From Longimicrobiales bacterium (lineage in GTDB: Bacteria > Gemmatimonadota > Gemmatimonadetes > Longimicrobiales > Gaopeijiaceae): a DNA stretch of 64,000 bases. Numbering within the stretch: the first letter of the stretch is position 1; each line of letters opens with the position of its first letter. Positions 41,869 to 51,115 of the stretch are shown here, in pieces. The stretch spans positions 2,336,001 through 2,400,000 of the forward strand of contig CBDFIQ010000002.1 of assembly GCA_965248195.1 (NCBI GenBank), given 5' to 3'. The notes under the pieces were generated by a model. The model worked only from the letters and a program-made list of their open reading frames with translations, did no database searches and was not told where the DNA came from. The position numbers and the translations under genes are program-made.

Positions 41869-42449
41869 GGGTTCTCTTCCTCACGATCCGGAAGGACATA
41901 GGTCTGGAATCGAAAATTCACGACCACCGGGGCGTCGAAATCCACCGCACGCGGGTCATTGAACGGGTCCACCGAGACGTCGATCGGAGTAAGGATGCGC
42001 GACAGGGATGCGATACGAGTCAAAAACCGGGCGAGGTCGTGAAATTCCCCGAAAACTCTCATCTGGAACGTCTGCTTGGTGTAGAAATCCCCCGGTTCCT
42101 CCGCTTCTGGGCGCATCATGTCGACAGTGACTCCGACGTCGCGCTCCACGGTGCTGATCTGATCCAGGAGCGCAGCCACCTCCGCCGACCGGGGAATGAG
42201 TTGCTCGAGTTGAGCGATATGACGTTCGTAGACCGCCATACGCTCCTCGGTGTCCTCTCCCAGGCGGATGGCGAGCGCCTGCGCCGTGCGATTTTGGGCC
42301 TGCATATTTTCGACGCGGGCCTCTTCGGCTTCCACCGCTTCCGTGGCTCCGGAATACCAAAAACTGTTGGCGAAGTAGAGCACGACAAGCGAGAGGGAGA
42401 CCACCACTAGGGCTTGTTTCTGTTTCGGATCGTCGGGAATCAGCGGCAT
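41865..42449 (-). CDS. pilO: Type IV pilus alignment protein PilO
   Basis: N-terminal TM, LIPRSAEVAALL, GEFHDLARFL..IASLSRI. Confidence 0.88.
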   Translation of the reverse strand: MPLIPDDPKQKQALVVVSLSLVVLYFANSFWYSGATEAVEAEEARVENMQAQNRTAQALAIRLGEDTEERMAVYERHIAQLEQLIPRSAEVAALLDQISTVERDVGVTVDMMRPEAEEPGDFYTKQTFQMRVFGEFHDLARFLTRIASLSRILTPIDVSVDPFNDPRAVDFDAPVVVNFRFQTYVLPDREEENP

Positions 42450-42455
42450 ATGTGC

Positions 42456-43139
42456 TTACTCGTTGACCGTAAAGGGGTCTGCGAAGAGCGGGACGGTTTC
42501 GACGAGGTCCAGTGGCGGCGCACTGTACACGCAGTCCAACTGGAAGGCATACACCAACTCACCGGTTGGCTCCACAACCTGCTCAGTTTGAACAAGCTGG
42601 ACACTGCGAATGAACGGAGATTCCTGTAGCTGCCTCCAGAACGTCGTCAGAGCGCGGTTATTCCCCGCCCTCCCTCGAACCTGGAACTCGACCGCCACAT
42701 CACCCACCGAGACCTGGATGACCTGAGTCAACCAGGTGTATTCCGGGAGGGCTCTCGCCAGTTCATCCAGGAGATGAGGCCAGACGTACCGATTGGCGTC
42801 GATCTCCTGGATGATCGTCACCTTCTGCGCGATCGAGTCCCGCCGAGCTGTCAGAGTCGCATTTCGCTGGATGAGATCCGCATAGTTGGCCGAGTCCTGG
42901 AGCGCGTCGGCCAGCTCCACCCGGACCTCTGCTTGTCGGGACGAGAGTCCCACGTACCACCATCCCGGAAGGGCGAGGACTCCGAGCCCCACCACGACGG
43001 CCCCGATGGTGTAGGAATCCGAGAGAATGCCCCCCAGATCGGGCATTGATAGCTTCGATAAGATGCCGCCGGCACCACCGCCGCCGCCCTTTGAGGGGCG
43101 CCTTTTCTTCCCGCCAGGTAGAAGATTGACTTCAATCAC
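42456..43139 (-). CDS. pilN: Type IV pilus alignment protein PilN
   Basis: MIEVNLLP, TM, LLDELARALPEYTWL. Confidence 0.9.
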   Translation of the reverse strand: MIEVNLLPGGKKRRPSKGGGGGAGGILSKLSMPDLGGILSDSYTIGAVVVGLGVLALPGWWYVGLSSRQAEVRVELADALQDSANYADLIQRNATLTARRDSIAQKVTIIQEIDANRYVWPHLLDELARALPEYTWLTQVIQVSVGDVAVEFQVRGRAGNNRALTTFWRQLQESPFIRSVQLVQTEQVVEPTGELVYAFQLDCVYSAPPLDLVETVPLFADPFTVNE

Positions 43140-43159
43140 AATCTGTTCCTCGTCGTCGG

Positions 43160-44197
43160 CTAGACCGTCCGCAGGGCCAAGCCGAGCGGTAGAAGGAGCA
43201 TGGGTGCCGCTTCTTCCAGCACCACCGTCCCGGCAGCTCCAGGCTGGACCGGGACCTGGTGGAACGGATTGACCAGGTCCGTTTGCAAGTTCATACGATT
43301 CCCTAGGGCATCAGCCATGCCAGGAATGCGGGCGCCACCGCCACTGAGGTAGATGCTCCCCAAACCTACACCATCCTGACGGGTCATGAGGAAGGCCGCC
43401 GCACGTTCGATCCCGACACCCACTTCGTCGGCCGCAGAATCCACGAGCGACGAGAGGTCGTCGCGCGTTTCACGACCCTGAACGACATCTTCAGCTTGCT
43501 CAGCCGTGAGCCCTTTCTCCCGCTGTAGGTCCTGACGCACCCTTCTGGACCCGAAGGGGATGTCCCGCGTGAGAAGAGGATTTCCAGCCTCGAGGATGTT
43601 CACGTTGGTGGTTTCGTACCCAATGTTCACCAGGGCCACGATCCCCCTCATCGCTTCGGGATGGTTGAGCGCGAAGGCATTGTGGAGCGCAAAGGCATCG
43701 ACATCGATCGCCGCCGGAGAAACCCCCGCGTCGAGAAGCAGGCTCACCTTGTGGTCCACGAGCTCGCGCTTGGCGGCCACCAGAAGGACCTGCATCTGCA
43801 GCCCCTCCTCGAGTGGATCGAGAATCTGGAAGTCCAACTCAACGCTCTTGATGTCGAACGGAACGTGCTGCTCCGCTTCCCACCGGATGACCTCACGAGC
43901 GTCGGATTCCTTCATCCGGTCCATCTCGATTTTCTTGATGATCACGTCGTGCCCTCCCACGGCCGTGATCACATTCGTTCCTTTATCCCCGATCTCTCGG
44001 AACACATCGCGAATGGTGTCGGCAACGAGGCCGGGGTCCATCACCTCGCCCTCTACAATTGCGTCTGCGACCAGGGGACGCATTGCCACCCCGCTGATCT
44101 CGGGCTGATCCCCGGAATGATCGACGACAACGACTTTTACGAAGCCGCTGCCGATGTCCAGCCCTACCGACTTCTTGCTGCGTCCGACGAGGCCCAT
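43160..44197 (-). CDS. pilM: Type IV pilus assembly protein PilM
   Basis: VGLDIGS, EAEQHVPF, LVAAK, LSGGGARIPG, NPF, GLALR. Confidence 0.95.
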   Translation of the reverse strand: MGLVGRSKKSVGLDIGSGFVKVVVVDHSGDQPEISGVAMRPLVADAIVEGEVMDPGLVADTIRDVFREIGDKGTNVITAVGGHDVIIKKIEMDRMKESDAREVIRWEAEQHVPFDIKSVELDFQILDPLEEGLQMQVLLVAAKRELVDHKVSLLLDAGVSPAAIDVDAFALHNAFALNHPEAMRGIVALVNIGYETTNVNILEAGNPLLTRDIPFGSRRVRQDLQREKGLTAEQAEDVVQGRETRDDLSSLVDSAADEVGVGIERAAAFLMTRQDGVGLGSIYLSGGGARIPGMADALGNRMNLQTDLVNPFHQVPVQPGAAGTVVLEEAAPMLLLPLGLALRTV

Positions 44198-44249
44198 TCA
44201 ACGCTCGTCTTATGGGGACAGGAACATATTTTTATACGAATCTTAAATC

Positions 44250-44279
44250 ACGTTACCACCTAATCGTGAGCAGTGTCAA
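44250..44279 (-). promoter_or_regulatory. Putative sigma70 promoter of pilMNOPQ
   Basis: TTGACA-18 nt-TAACGT with TG extension, inside an AT-rich intergenic tract. Confidence 0.55.
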
Positions 44280-44353
44280 GACATTTTTGACCACTTCGAA
44301 AATAGATTTATTGGTAAACATTTGGATCACACCGTGCCCTTGAGGCGCGGACA

Positions 44354-45454
44354 TCAGTTTGAATCCGGCCAGGCCGACTCGGGGATGGGAGCGAGTTCCC
44401 GAAGGGACTCGGCGGCCTCCAACGCGGACAGTGCCGCGCACGCCGAGCCGACAATGCGGGAGCGGCCCCCGAGGAAGACCGAGCCGCGGACGCGGACGAG
44501 TCCGTGGATTTCCGACTCCTCGGTGATCTCGAGGTCACCGGCAACGAGCACGAGCCCGTAAAAGCGGGCGGTAGACCGGAAGGTCACATGCCCGGGGATC
44601 AGCAGGACGCCCTGGCCCTGCCCTCCATTCACGATCAAAGAACCCTCGGAGGTCACCACCGGCCTGTACGCTCCACAGGGGCCCGACGCATCCAGCGGAG
44701 CCCCCCAATTGGTCGGAGAGGGCACGGCACACCGGCCCAGCCCCTGGATCGGCGCCGGCGAGACGGTGCCGGACACGTGAAGGTCCGCACCCTCTATCAG
44801 CGCATCATGCCCCAGGAGACCCAGGGAGGGTAGACGTGGCTCCACCGCACCCGATTCCGGCCCCCTCCCGATCCCGGCCCGTGGATCCTCGTGTAGTTCC
44901 GCCTGAGGCGAAAGCCCGTAAATGAACAGGGTATCCACGTCGGGACCGAAGGGAACACAAGACGCTTCCGGCCACAGAGGTGGCGTATCGTGAATCAGGC
45001 TGGGATCGACCATGCTGCTGGCCTCCACCCGTGTCGATCGGCCGCTCTCGAGGACGCCCCGTGCGGCCGCGTACCTCGCCACAGGGTCCATCGCCCAATA
45101 GAGACCCACCTGCCGATCCCGGCCGGGCTCTGTGTCCAACGACCCCTCAGCAAGGATCAAGAACAACTCCCGCGACAACCGCACCACCTGCGCATCATAT
45201 CGCGCCCGAGGCGGAACGGCGCCTGAGCCCATCGGCACCCACTCCCCCCACGGAAGGGAGTCCGTGCCCGTCATCGAGCGTGAGGTCAGCTTCAGGCCCG
45301 TTTCCGCAGCGAGCCTTCTGGTGAGCACATCCCATCGCGCCCGCGATACGAAAAACTCGGATCGAGTCATCACGAGAAGTGTGTGCCCCACCCCCGTGAC
45401 CGCCAGCAGAAGGAGCAGCACTCCAACCAGCACGTACCCTCTTCGCGTCGGCAT
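44354..45454 (-). CDS. PilX-like minor pilin
   Basis: RRG|YVLVGVLLLL leader lacking Glu5; C-terminal G.GVLL..G..F.GLVLV.G beta repeats. Confidence 0.75.
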   Translation of the reverse strand: MPTRRGYVLVGVLLLLLAVTGVGHTLLVMTRSEFFVSRARWDVLTRRLAAETGLKLTSRSMTGTDSLPWGEWVPMGSGAVPPRARYDAQVVRLSRELFLILAEGSLDTEPGRDRQVGLYWAMDPVARYAAARGVLESGRSTRVEASSMVDPSLIHDTPPLWPEASCVPFGPDVDTLFIYGLSPQAELHEDPRAGIGRGPESGAVEPRLPSLGLLGHDALIEGADLHVSGTVSPAPIQGLGRCAVPSPTNWGAPLDASGPCGAYRPVVTSEGSLIVNGGQGQGVLLIPGHVTFRSTARFYGLVLVAGDLEITEESEIHGLVRVRGSVFLGGRSRIVGSACAALSALEAAESLRELAPIPESAWPDSN

Positions 45455-45469
45455 CGATTCTGGCTTGGA

Positions 45470-46219
45470 TCAACGGTTCTCGGGAGTCCAAAACTGGAGA
45501 GCGGCCGAGCTCGTATCGGCGCTCCGACGTATTCCGTGGCCGACAAGGTTGAAAATGACCCTGTCCACCCGGGCCTCGATGCTCGATCGGTCGTCGTCGA
45601 ACACGTCCAGCGTCAGGGGCTGCCGGCCACCCCGCCCTCGGCGATACCGAAGAGCTCCGCCGCTTACGTGATAGCTCCCTCGCTCGAAGATCCTGGCCAC
45701 CAACGCACCCGAAACAGGCGGATCGAGGGTCCACACTTCGGAGTGTCCGCCCAGATCCATTCCGCAGGACCGTGGCCCCGATACCCGCCCCGTCAGGTCC
45801 GCCCGCCGCCATCCATCTGCCGTCAGGATCAGAACCGAGTCCTTTACGGGATTAGCCGTCCGCTCTCCACGGTAGGCCACGACAATATTTCCGGGCTCGC
45901 TGCGCCACTCACACACCGGCCCCCATCCACGAAAAGCCCGGAGTGACAGACTGTCGGGCGCCGGACCGATCCAGTCCCTTCCCCTCACTCCCGCCCGAAG
46001 TTCTTTCCCGATCACGATCGCCGCGAGACGTCGAGCCGACAGTAGATCCATTTCGGACCTCAATCTGGACGCGACGGTTTGTTGATGGGCGAGAGCACGC
46101 CAGGCAAACGAGATTACCACGAGCCCCAGAAGCAGAGACACGAGCACCTCCACGACCGTGACGCCGTAACGCCTAGAAGGCCGTTGAAGGAGTACAGTGG
46201 GCCGCGTTGCGGATGCCAC
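45470..46219 (-). CDS. PilW-like minor pilin; original start (ATG 46486) cut off by the repeat element, probable replacement GTG at 46219
   Basis: RRYG|VTVVEVLVSLLL prepilin motif; upstream codons of the track ORF derive from the repeat. Confidence 0.75.
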   Translation of the reverse strand: MASATRPTVLLQRPSRRYGVTVVEVLVSLLLGLVVISFAWRALAHQQTVASRLRSEMDLLSARRLAAIVIGKELRAGVRGRDWIGPAPDSLSLRAFRGWGPVCEWRSEPGNIVVAYRGERTANPVKDSVLILTADGWRRADLTGRVSGPRSCGMDLGGHSEVWTLDPPVSGALVARIFERGSYHVSGGALRYRRGRGGRQPLTLDVFDDDRSSIEARVDRVIFNLVGHGIRRSADTSSAALQFWTPENR

Positions 46220-46478
46220 GGTCCTAGCTCCTAGGCGGAGCGACGACGCCATAGCCGTAGCTATGGCTAGGAACTCCAACAACGGAGATGGGGCCGTGCC
46301 ACCGCAACCCTTCAACTTGTAAGGTCATGCCCTTCATGTTCGTGGGCACAGGGCGGTTGTGCGGTTGATCCTGCGTCTCTCCTCCTCGCCGTAGCGTTGC
46401 TACGCCTCGTCGTCGTTCCTTGTCTGAACGCGCACAAGCGCCCTGTGCGCGACCCGCTGTACTCCTTCAACGGCCTTC
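46176..46478 (-). mobile_element. MITE-like structured repeat, copy 2 (303 bp)
   Basis: TIRs GAAGGCCGTTGAAGGAGTACAG / CTGTACTCCTTCAACGGCCTTC; reverse-complement homologue of 230-532. Confidence 0.9.
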
Positions 46479-46805
46479 CTGAACATCCGGTTGGTCCAGG
46501 CTCAGGCCCACGGACACACTGGCGCCGGGTCCACCTTGGAAGGTGACAGTGACGAGCCCGTCCCCCTCACGCGTCCAGAGGAGCAACCCCTTTTCAGTTT
46601 CGATCGAGCCCGGCCCACCCCAACCCGTGAATGAAAGTGAGTCAGCCAGCCACTCCACCGCCCGGGATGCGGATTCCAACGCGGCGGCCGCGAGGAGCGT
46701 CCTTTGGGCCTGCAGGGTCATCGCCAAGACACCCAGTATTCCCACCTCGAACACGACGAGAGCGACGGTGATTTCCACGAGGCTGAACCCGCCCCGGCCC
46801 CTCAC
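46467..46805 (-). CDS. PilV-like minor pilin (last codons EGR* supplied by the element TIR)
   Basis: RGG|FSLVEITVALVVFEVGILG. Confidence 0.8.
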   Translation of the reverse strand: MRGRGGFSLVEITVALVVFEVGILGVLAMTLQAQRTLLAAAALESASRAVEWLADSLSFTGWGGPGSIETEKGLLLWTREGDGLVTVTFQGGPGASVSVGLSLDQPDVQEGR

Positions 46806-47230
46806 TCCCGCCGGATCCGTCCATAGGCCGAGATGATCAATCGGGCGACTGCTGATCCGCGGGTGAGCGTGACCGAACTAGCAGCCATACGCCCCAAGCC
46901 CGACGCGTCGAAGTGGAGTTCGACCGTGGGACGTCCACCGGAGAGCACCAGCTCTGTTCTCCAGGTCGCTCCAATGTCCACCCGGTGCAGTAACTCTCCC
47001 TTGGCCTCGATCCTGATCTCGGCGGGATTTCGGACGACGATCAGGCTCGAGCCCCCTCGCCGGAGCGCTTCGGCGCGAGCCCGTGTGATCAGTCCAACGA
47101 GCTCCTCCCGCGCGCCTGTCACCGAAAGACGCTCCCGGACGCTCCGGCCCACTGGAAAAGACAGGCTTGCCGCCAGGGCCAGGAGTGCCAGAACTCCCGT
47201 GAGTTCGAAAAGAGTGAAGCCGCGACGCAT
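46802..47230 (-). CDS. FimT/GspH-like minor pilin
   Basis: MRRG|FTLFEL, ARAEALRRG, FDASG, IISAYGRIR. Confidence 0.85.
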   Translation of the reverse strand: MRRGFTLFELTGVLALLALAASLSFPVGRSVRERLSVTGAREELVGLITRARAEALRRGGSSLIVVRNPAEIRIEAKGELLHRVDIGATWRTELVLSGGRPTVELHFDASGLGRMAASSVTLTRGSAVARLIISAYGRIRRE

Positions 47231-47283
47231 GGACCGACGTTACCGGCGCTCCCCGGGCGCCGGAATGCCGCGTTAGGCCAAAC

Positions 47284-48639
47284 TCAACCCAGTCCGTAGT
47301 CCTGTATTTTGTAGCGGAGGGCACGCGGGGAAAGTTCGAGCAACCCCCCCGCCTTCGACCGGTTCCCGCCCGTACGCTCCAAGGCCCGCTGAATGAGCTG
47401 CCGCTCCAGCTGTGCGGAGCGGCGCTTCACGGAAAGGTCGTCCGACTCATAGATCGCCTCGACCGTCACCCCCATATGACCCAGCCGAGCGGAAAGCGCC
47501 TCCTCCGCCAGCTCCGTGCCTTCGGAGAGAACCGCGGCCTGCTCGAGCACATTCTCCAGCTCACGGATATTACCCGGCCACGGATAGGCGAGCAGAAGCT
47601 TCATCGCAGCCGGCGAGATCGCGGCCACCTTCACGTTGAGCCGCTGCCTCAGGCGCTCGAGCAAGTGCTGGGTAAGGTCCGGAATCGCCTCCGTCCTCTC
47701 CCGCAGGGGCGGGAGGTGGATGGGAATCACCGCCAGCCGATAGTAGAAATCTTGGCGGAACTCGCCCGATTGCACCGCCGCCCGCAAGTCGATGTTCGTG
47801 GCCGAAACGATCCGGACGTCTACCTGAGACGTGGCGGTCCCTCCCAGACGCCTGATCTCACCGTCCTGCAATGCACGCAGCAACTTCACCTGAAGGGGGG
47901 TTGGCAGCTCCCCGACTTCGTCGAGAAACAGTGTCCCGCCCTCGGCCGCCTCGAACAACCCGGCCCGATCATTTTCGGCCCCAGTGAACGCTCCACGCAT
48001 GTACCCGAAGAACTCGGATTCAAGCAGCGTTTCGGGAATGGCACCACAATTGACTGGAACAAAAGGTTTGTCGGCCCGGTCGCTTTCGCGGTGGATCAGC
48101 CGGGCCATTAACTCCTTGCCGGTACCAGACTCCCCGGTCAGCAACACGGGGGACCGATGGCGGGCGACCTTGGTCGCCGTCTCCAGAGCCCGAATCATGG
48201 TCGGTGAGCGAGCCACGATGTCCCCGAGCCGACGTTCCGCGCTCACCTCGGCGCGCAGCCGCCCGACTTCCGTCCGAAGCTGCTCCCTCTCCTCCGCCTT
48301 CCGGATCGTAAGGAGGACCTCGTCGGCGCCGAACGGCTTGGGTAGGTAGTCGTATGCGCCCTCCTTCATCGCCCCGATGGCAAGCTCCATGTTCCCATAC
48401 GCGGTCATCACGATGACGAGCGCTTGACCCTCCGCCTCACGATACTTTGCGAGGAACTCCAAGCCGTCCATTTGGGGCATACGTACGTCGCAAAGGATAA
48501 TCTGGGGGTTCTCATTCGCGGCTATCGCCAGGCCTTCCTTGCCATGCGCCGCGAGGAGCGCGTCGTGTCCGCCCTCCTCGAGAATGAGTGTCAGAGATTT
48601 GCGAAGTCCCTGATCGTCGTCGATCACGAGGACCTTCAT
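47284..48639 (-). CDS. Sigma54-dependent response regulator (NtrC/PilR family)
   Basis: VIDDD..CDVRMP receiver, [17 protein letters not shown]. Confidence 0.95.
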   Translation of the reverse strand: MKVLVIDDDQGLRKSLTLILEEGGHDALLAAHGKEGLAIAANENPQIILCDVRMPQMDGLEFLAKYREAEGQALVIVMTAYGNMELAIGAMKEGAYDYLPKPFGADEVLLTIRKAEEREQLRTEVGRLRAEVSAERRLGDIVARSPTMIRALETATKVARHRSPVLLTGESGTGKELMARLIHRESDRADKPFVPVNCGAIPETLLESEFFGYMRGAFTGAENDRAGLFEAAEGGTLFLDEVGELPTPLQVKLLRALQDGEIRRLGGTATSQVDVRIVSATNIDLRAAVQSGEFRQDFYYRLAVIPIHLPPLRERTEAIPDLTQHLLERLRQRLNVKVAAISPAAMKLLLAYPWPGNIRELENVLEQAAVLSEGTELAEEALSARLGHMGVTVEAIYESDDLSVKRRSAQLERQLIQRALERTGGNRSKAGGLLELSPRALRYKIQDYGLG

Positions 48640-49949
48640 TCGACCTCCTGTCTCTCTATTGCCTCAGGGTACCGAGCTCCAACGGCTCCGTACTCCTCCA
48701 AAGTGGGTTCCTTCGCCGTGATCGCCTCCGGCAGCCGAACCTCGAAGCGCGCTCCCCCCTCGGGTGCGCTCTCCACGTCGATACGCCCACCCATTCCCGC
48801 GACGAGGCGGGCGGAAATGAAAAGGCCCAAACCGGTTCCCTTCCCGGGCTCCTTGGTGGTGTAGAAGGGATCGAAGACGCGGGTCTGATCGGCGGAAGGG
48901 AGACCTGTTCCGTTGTCGGACACCGCCACGACGACGACCTTCCGGGCGGTGTCGAGGGTGCCGAGAGCCTCTGCCGAGAAGGCGCGAGCCACCCGGCGCC
49001 TGTGCAAATAATTGACGCCGGGCGGATCATCTCCCCGTCTCTGGAGGGGGTTGGCCGCCGCACCATCCTCCGACCAAAGAGCAACCTCGATCTTGGGGGC
49101 GTCCAGGCCTTTCACCGCATCCGTCGCGTTCAAAAGCAAGTTCACGAGCACCTGTTCCAGGTGCCGAGGGTCCATCAAGACAAGAGGACATGCGTCATCG
49201 AGGGTCCAGGAGTGTTCGATCCGTCCGAGTTGGCCCTGGTTCTCCAACAGATCGCGCACACCTTCGATGACTTCATCGACCCGAACCGGAGTGATCTCGT
49301 CGGGCTGGGGCCGGGCAAAATCGAGAAGTCCTCGCACGATGCCATCGATGCGCTGTGCCTCGGAACGGATCGACTCCAGTAGCTCCGGATCTCCCTGGTC
49401 CGCCTCGATGCGACGGAGGGCGACGTCGGCATACCCGATGATCGCGGTCAGCGGATTTCCGACCTCGTGCGCGATGCCAGCCGCCAGAGTTCCCACCGAA
49501 GCCAGCCGGGCAGCCTGGATGACCTCGTTGCGAGCTTCGACCAGCTTCACGTTGGTATCATCGAGCGACCGGACATTCTCGGCCAAGACCTGCTGGCCGG
49601 CGATGAGCCGGTCGGCCATCGCATTCACGCTCTCGGTGATACTCCTGAGCTCGAGGCCATTGGGGATTTCGAGCCGGTGCCGGTAGTCTCCGTCGGCGAT
49701 CTGTTTCACTCCCAGGACCAACTCGTCCACCGGCTCCAGGAGATTCTTCTTGAGGGCCCAGCCTCCGAACGTGAGAACGATAACCAGGTCCACCGCCACG
49801 ATGACCAGAATGAAGACCGTAGCCTCGCCCGTGGAACGGAGAAAGGGAAGCACCAGGCTGATGGCGATACCCAAAAGGAGGGTGACTCCCCCGAATAGAA
49901 TCCCCAAGGAAACAAGCAGCTCACGACGAAGGGGTGTCGGGGAACTCAT
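48636..49949 (-). CDS. HAMP-domain sensor histidine kinase
   Basis: Two TMs, HAMP, AHEVGNPL, NLLLNA, DNGTG, FYTTK..GTGLGL. Confidence 0.94.
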   Translation of the reverse strand: MSSPTPLRRELLVSLGILFGGVTLLLGIAISLVLPFLRSTGEATVFILVIVAVDLVIVLTFGGWALKKNLLEPVDELVLGVKQIADGDYRHRLEIPNGLELRSITESVNAMADRLIAGQQVLAENVRSLDDTNVKLVEARNEVIQAARLASVGTLAAGIAHEVGNPLTAIIGYADVALRRIEADQGDPELLESIRSEAQRIDGIVRGLLDFARPQPDEITPVRVDEVIEGVRDLLENQGQLGRIEHSWTLDDACPLVLMDPRHLEQVLVNLLLNATDAVKGLDAPKIEVALWSEDGAAANPLQRRGDDPPGVNYLHRRRVARAFSAEALGTLDTARKVVVVAVSDNGTGLPSADQTRVFDPFYTTKEPGKGTGLGLFISARLVAGMGGRIDVESAPEGGARFEVRLPEAITAKEPTLEEYGAVGARYPEAIERQEVE

Positions 49950-50072
49950 GTTCGTATGGCGCCTGAGGCAAAAAAGTGCGAACGCCGGAGGTTCTCTCCT
50001 CCGGCGTCCTCGATGAAGACTACTTCTAACTTGTGCAGGGGACGGGTCCGCTGCAACGATGGGGATTTGGCC

Positions 50073-50462
50073 CTAACGCGTGCAGGCGATGACCCCCTCC
50101 TCCGGACCGGGGTCCCCGCCGGCGGCCGCCGCATTCCCCTGGTACATGCCACAGTGCTCCGTGGGGAGACCCGCATGGGAGGCAGTCGCAGCCCAGCCCG
50201 AGCCGGTAGCCTCGTTGATCGTGATGGTCACTCCATCACTCACGGACCCGCCGACGAGGGCGACTGAAGCGCCGTAGAAAAAGTTGGAGTTGTGGTACAT
50301 CTCCTGCTGCGTCGCCAAGTTCTTGAGATCGCTCTTCATCGAGGTAAGGAATGCGTTCTCTCGCGCCGAGGAGAACTTCGGAACGGCGACGGAAGCCAGG
50401 ATGCCGATGATCACGATGACGATGAGGAGTTCGACCAGCGTAAAGCCTCTTTGCATGCCCAT
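50073..50462 (-). CDS. Type IV major pilin-like protein 2
   Basis: QRG|FTLVELLIVIVIIGILASVAVPKF; C-terminal Cys pair; paralogue of the adjacent pilin. Confidence 0.9.
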   Translation of the reverse strand: MGMQRGFTLVELLIVIVIIGILASVAVPKFSSARENAFLTSMKSDLKNLATQQEMYHNSNFFYGASVALVGGSVSDGVTITINEATGSGWAATASHAGLPTEHCGMYQGNAAAAGGDPGPEEGVIACTR

Positions 50463-50504
50463 GCTCAATCCCTCTTTTCGTCTCATGCCTGGAGTGGAAG
50501 CGAG

Positions 50505-50539
50505 AGAGCGTGGCCCGGGAAAGGCCCGAGCCACGCTCT
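50505..50539 (-). terminator. Hairpin between the two pilin genes
   Basis: AGAGCGTGGC / GCCACGCTCT 10-bp outer stem with an inner CGGG/CCCG stem. Confidence 0.6.
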
Positions 50540-50575
50540 TCGACCGAAAGCACACGGTGCCTCCGAAGTCCTGCC

Positions 50576-50971
50576 TTATTGCGTGCAGGCCATCTCACCC
50601 GGACTCCCCGGTACGGCGGCGCCAAGTGACACCGCAGGCCCGGTCCCATAGTAGATCGCGCAGCCCTCGGTCGCGGCCAACGCTAAGTGCGTCGACGTCG
50701 CGTTCCAACCGGTGGAGGTGCCCGTCGGAGTGACGGTCACGCCGTCGGACTGCACGAAGCCGAGCGACGTGACGTTGGCGGTGTAGGAATACTCGTCCGA
50801 ATAGTAGATCTCCTGCTGGCTAGCAAGATTCTTCAGGTCGGACTTCATGGCCGCAAAATAGGCCTTCTCACGCGTCGCAGAGAACTTCGGAATGGCGATG
50901 GCCGCCAGGATTCCGATGATCACGACCACGATGAGGAGCTCGATCAGGGTGAAACCCTTGTTGTCCCGCAT
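50576..50971 (-). CDS. pilA: Type IVa major pilin
   Basis: AGGAG RBS; MRDNKG|FTLIELLIVVVIIGILAAIAIPKF; upstream sigma54-type promoter. Confidence 0.92.
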   Translation of the reverse strand: MRDNKGFTLIELLIVVVIIGILAAIAIPKFSATREKAYFAAMKSDLKNLASQQEIYYSDEYSYTANVTSLGFVQSDGVTVTPTGTSTGWNATSTHLALAATEGCAIYYGTGPAVSLGAAVPGSPGEMACTQ

Positions 50972-51025
50972 GATGATAACTCCTAGATAGGATGACACTT
51001 GTGAACATTCGATATGCCCCCTGAG

Positions 51026-51042
51026 TGCAAACGCTGGTCCAA
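51026..51042 (-). promoter_or_regulatory. Putative sigma54 (-24/-12) promoter of pilA
   Basis: TTGGACCAGCGTTTGCA = GG-N10-GC with TTGCA; two sigma54 activators in the locus. Confidence 0.65.
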
Positions 51043-51115
51043 AAGTCGGCATGACTTCTTAAGTGGTTGTGGTTTAACACTTTGTACCAATATCACTCGA
51101 CGTCCTTCGTCCCCA

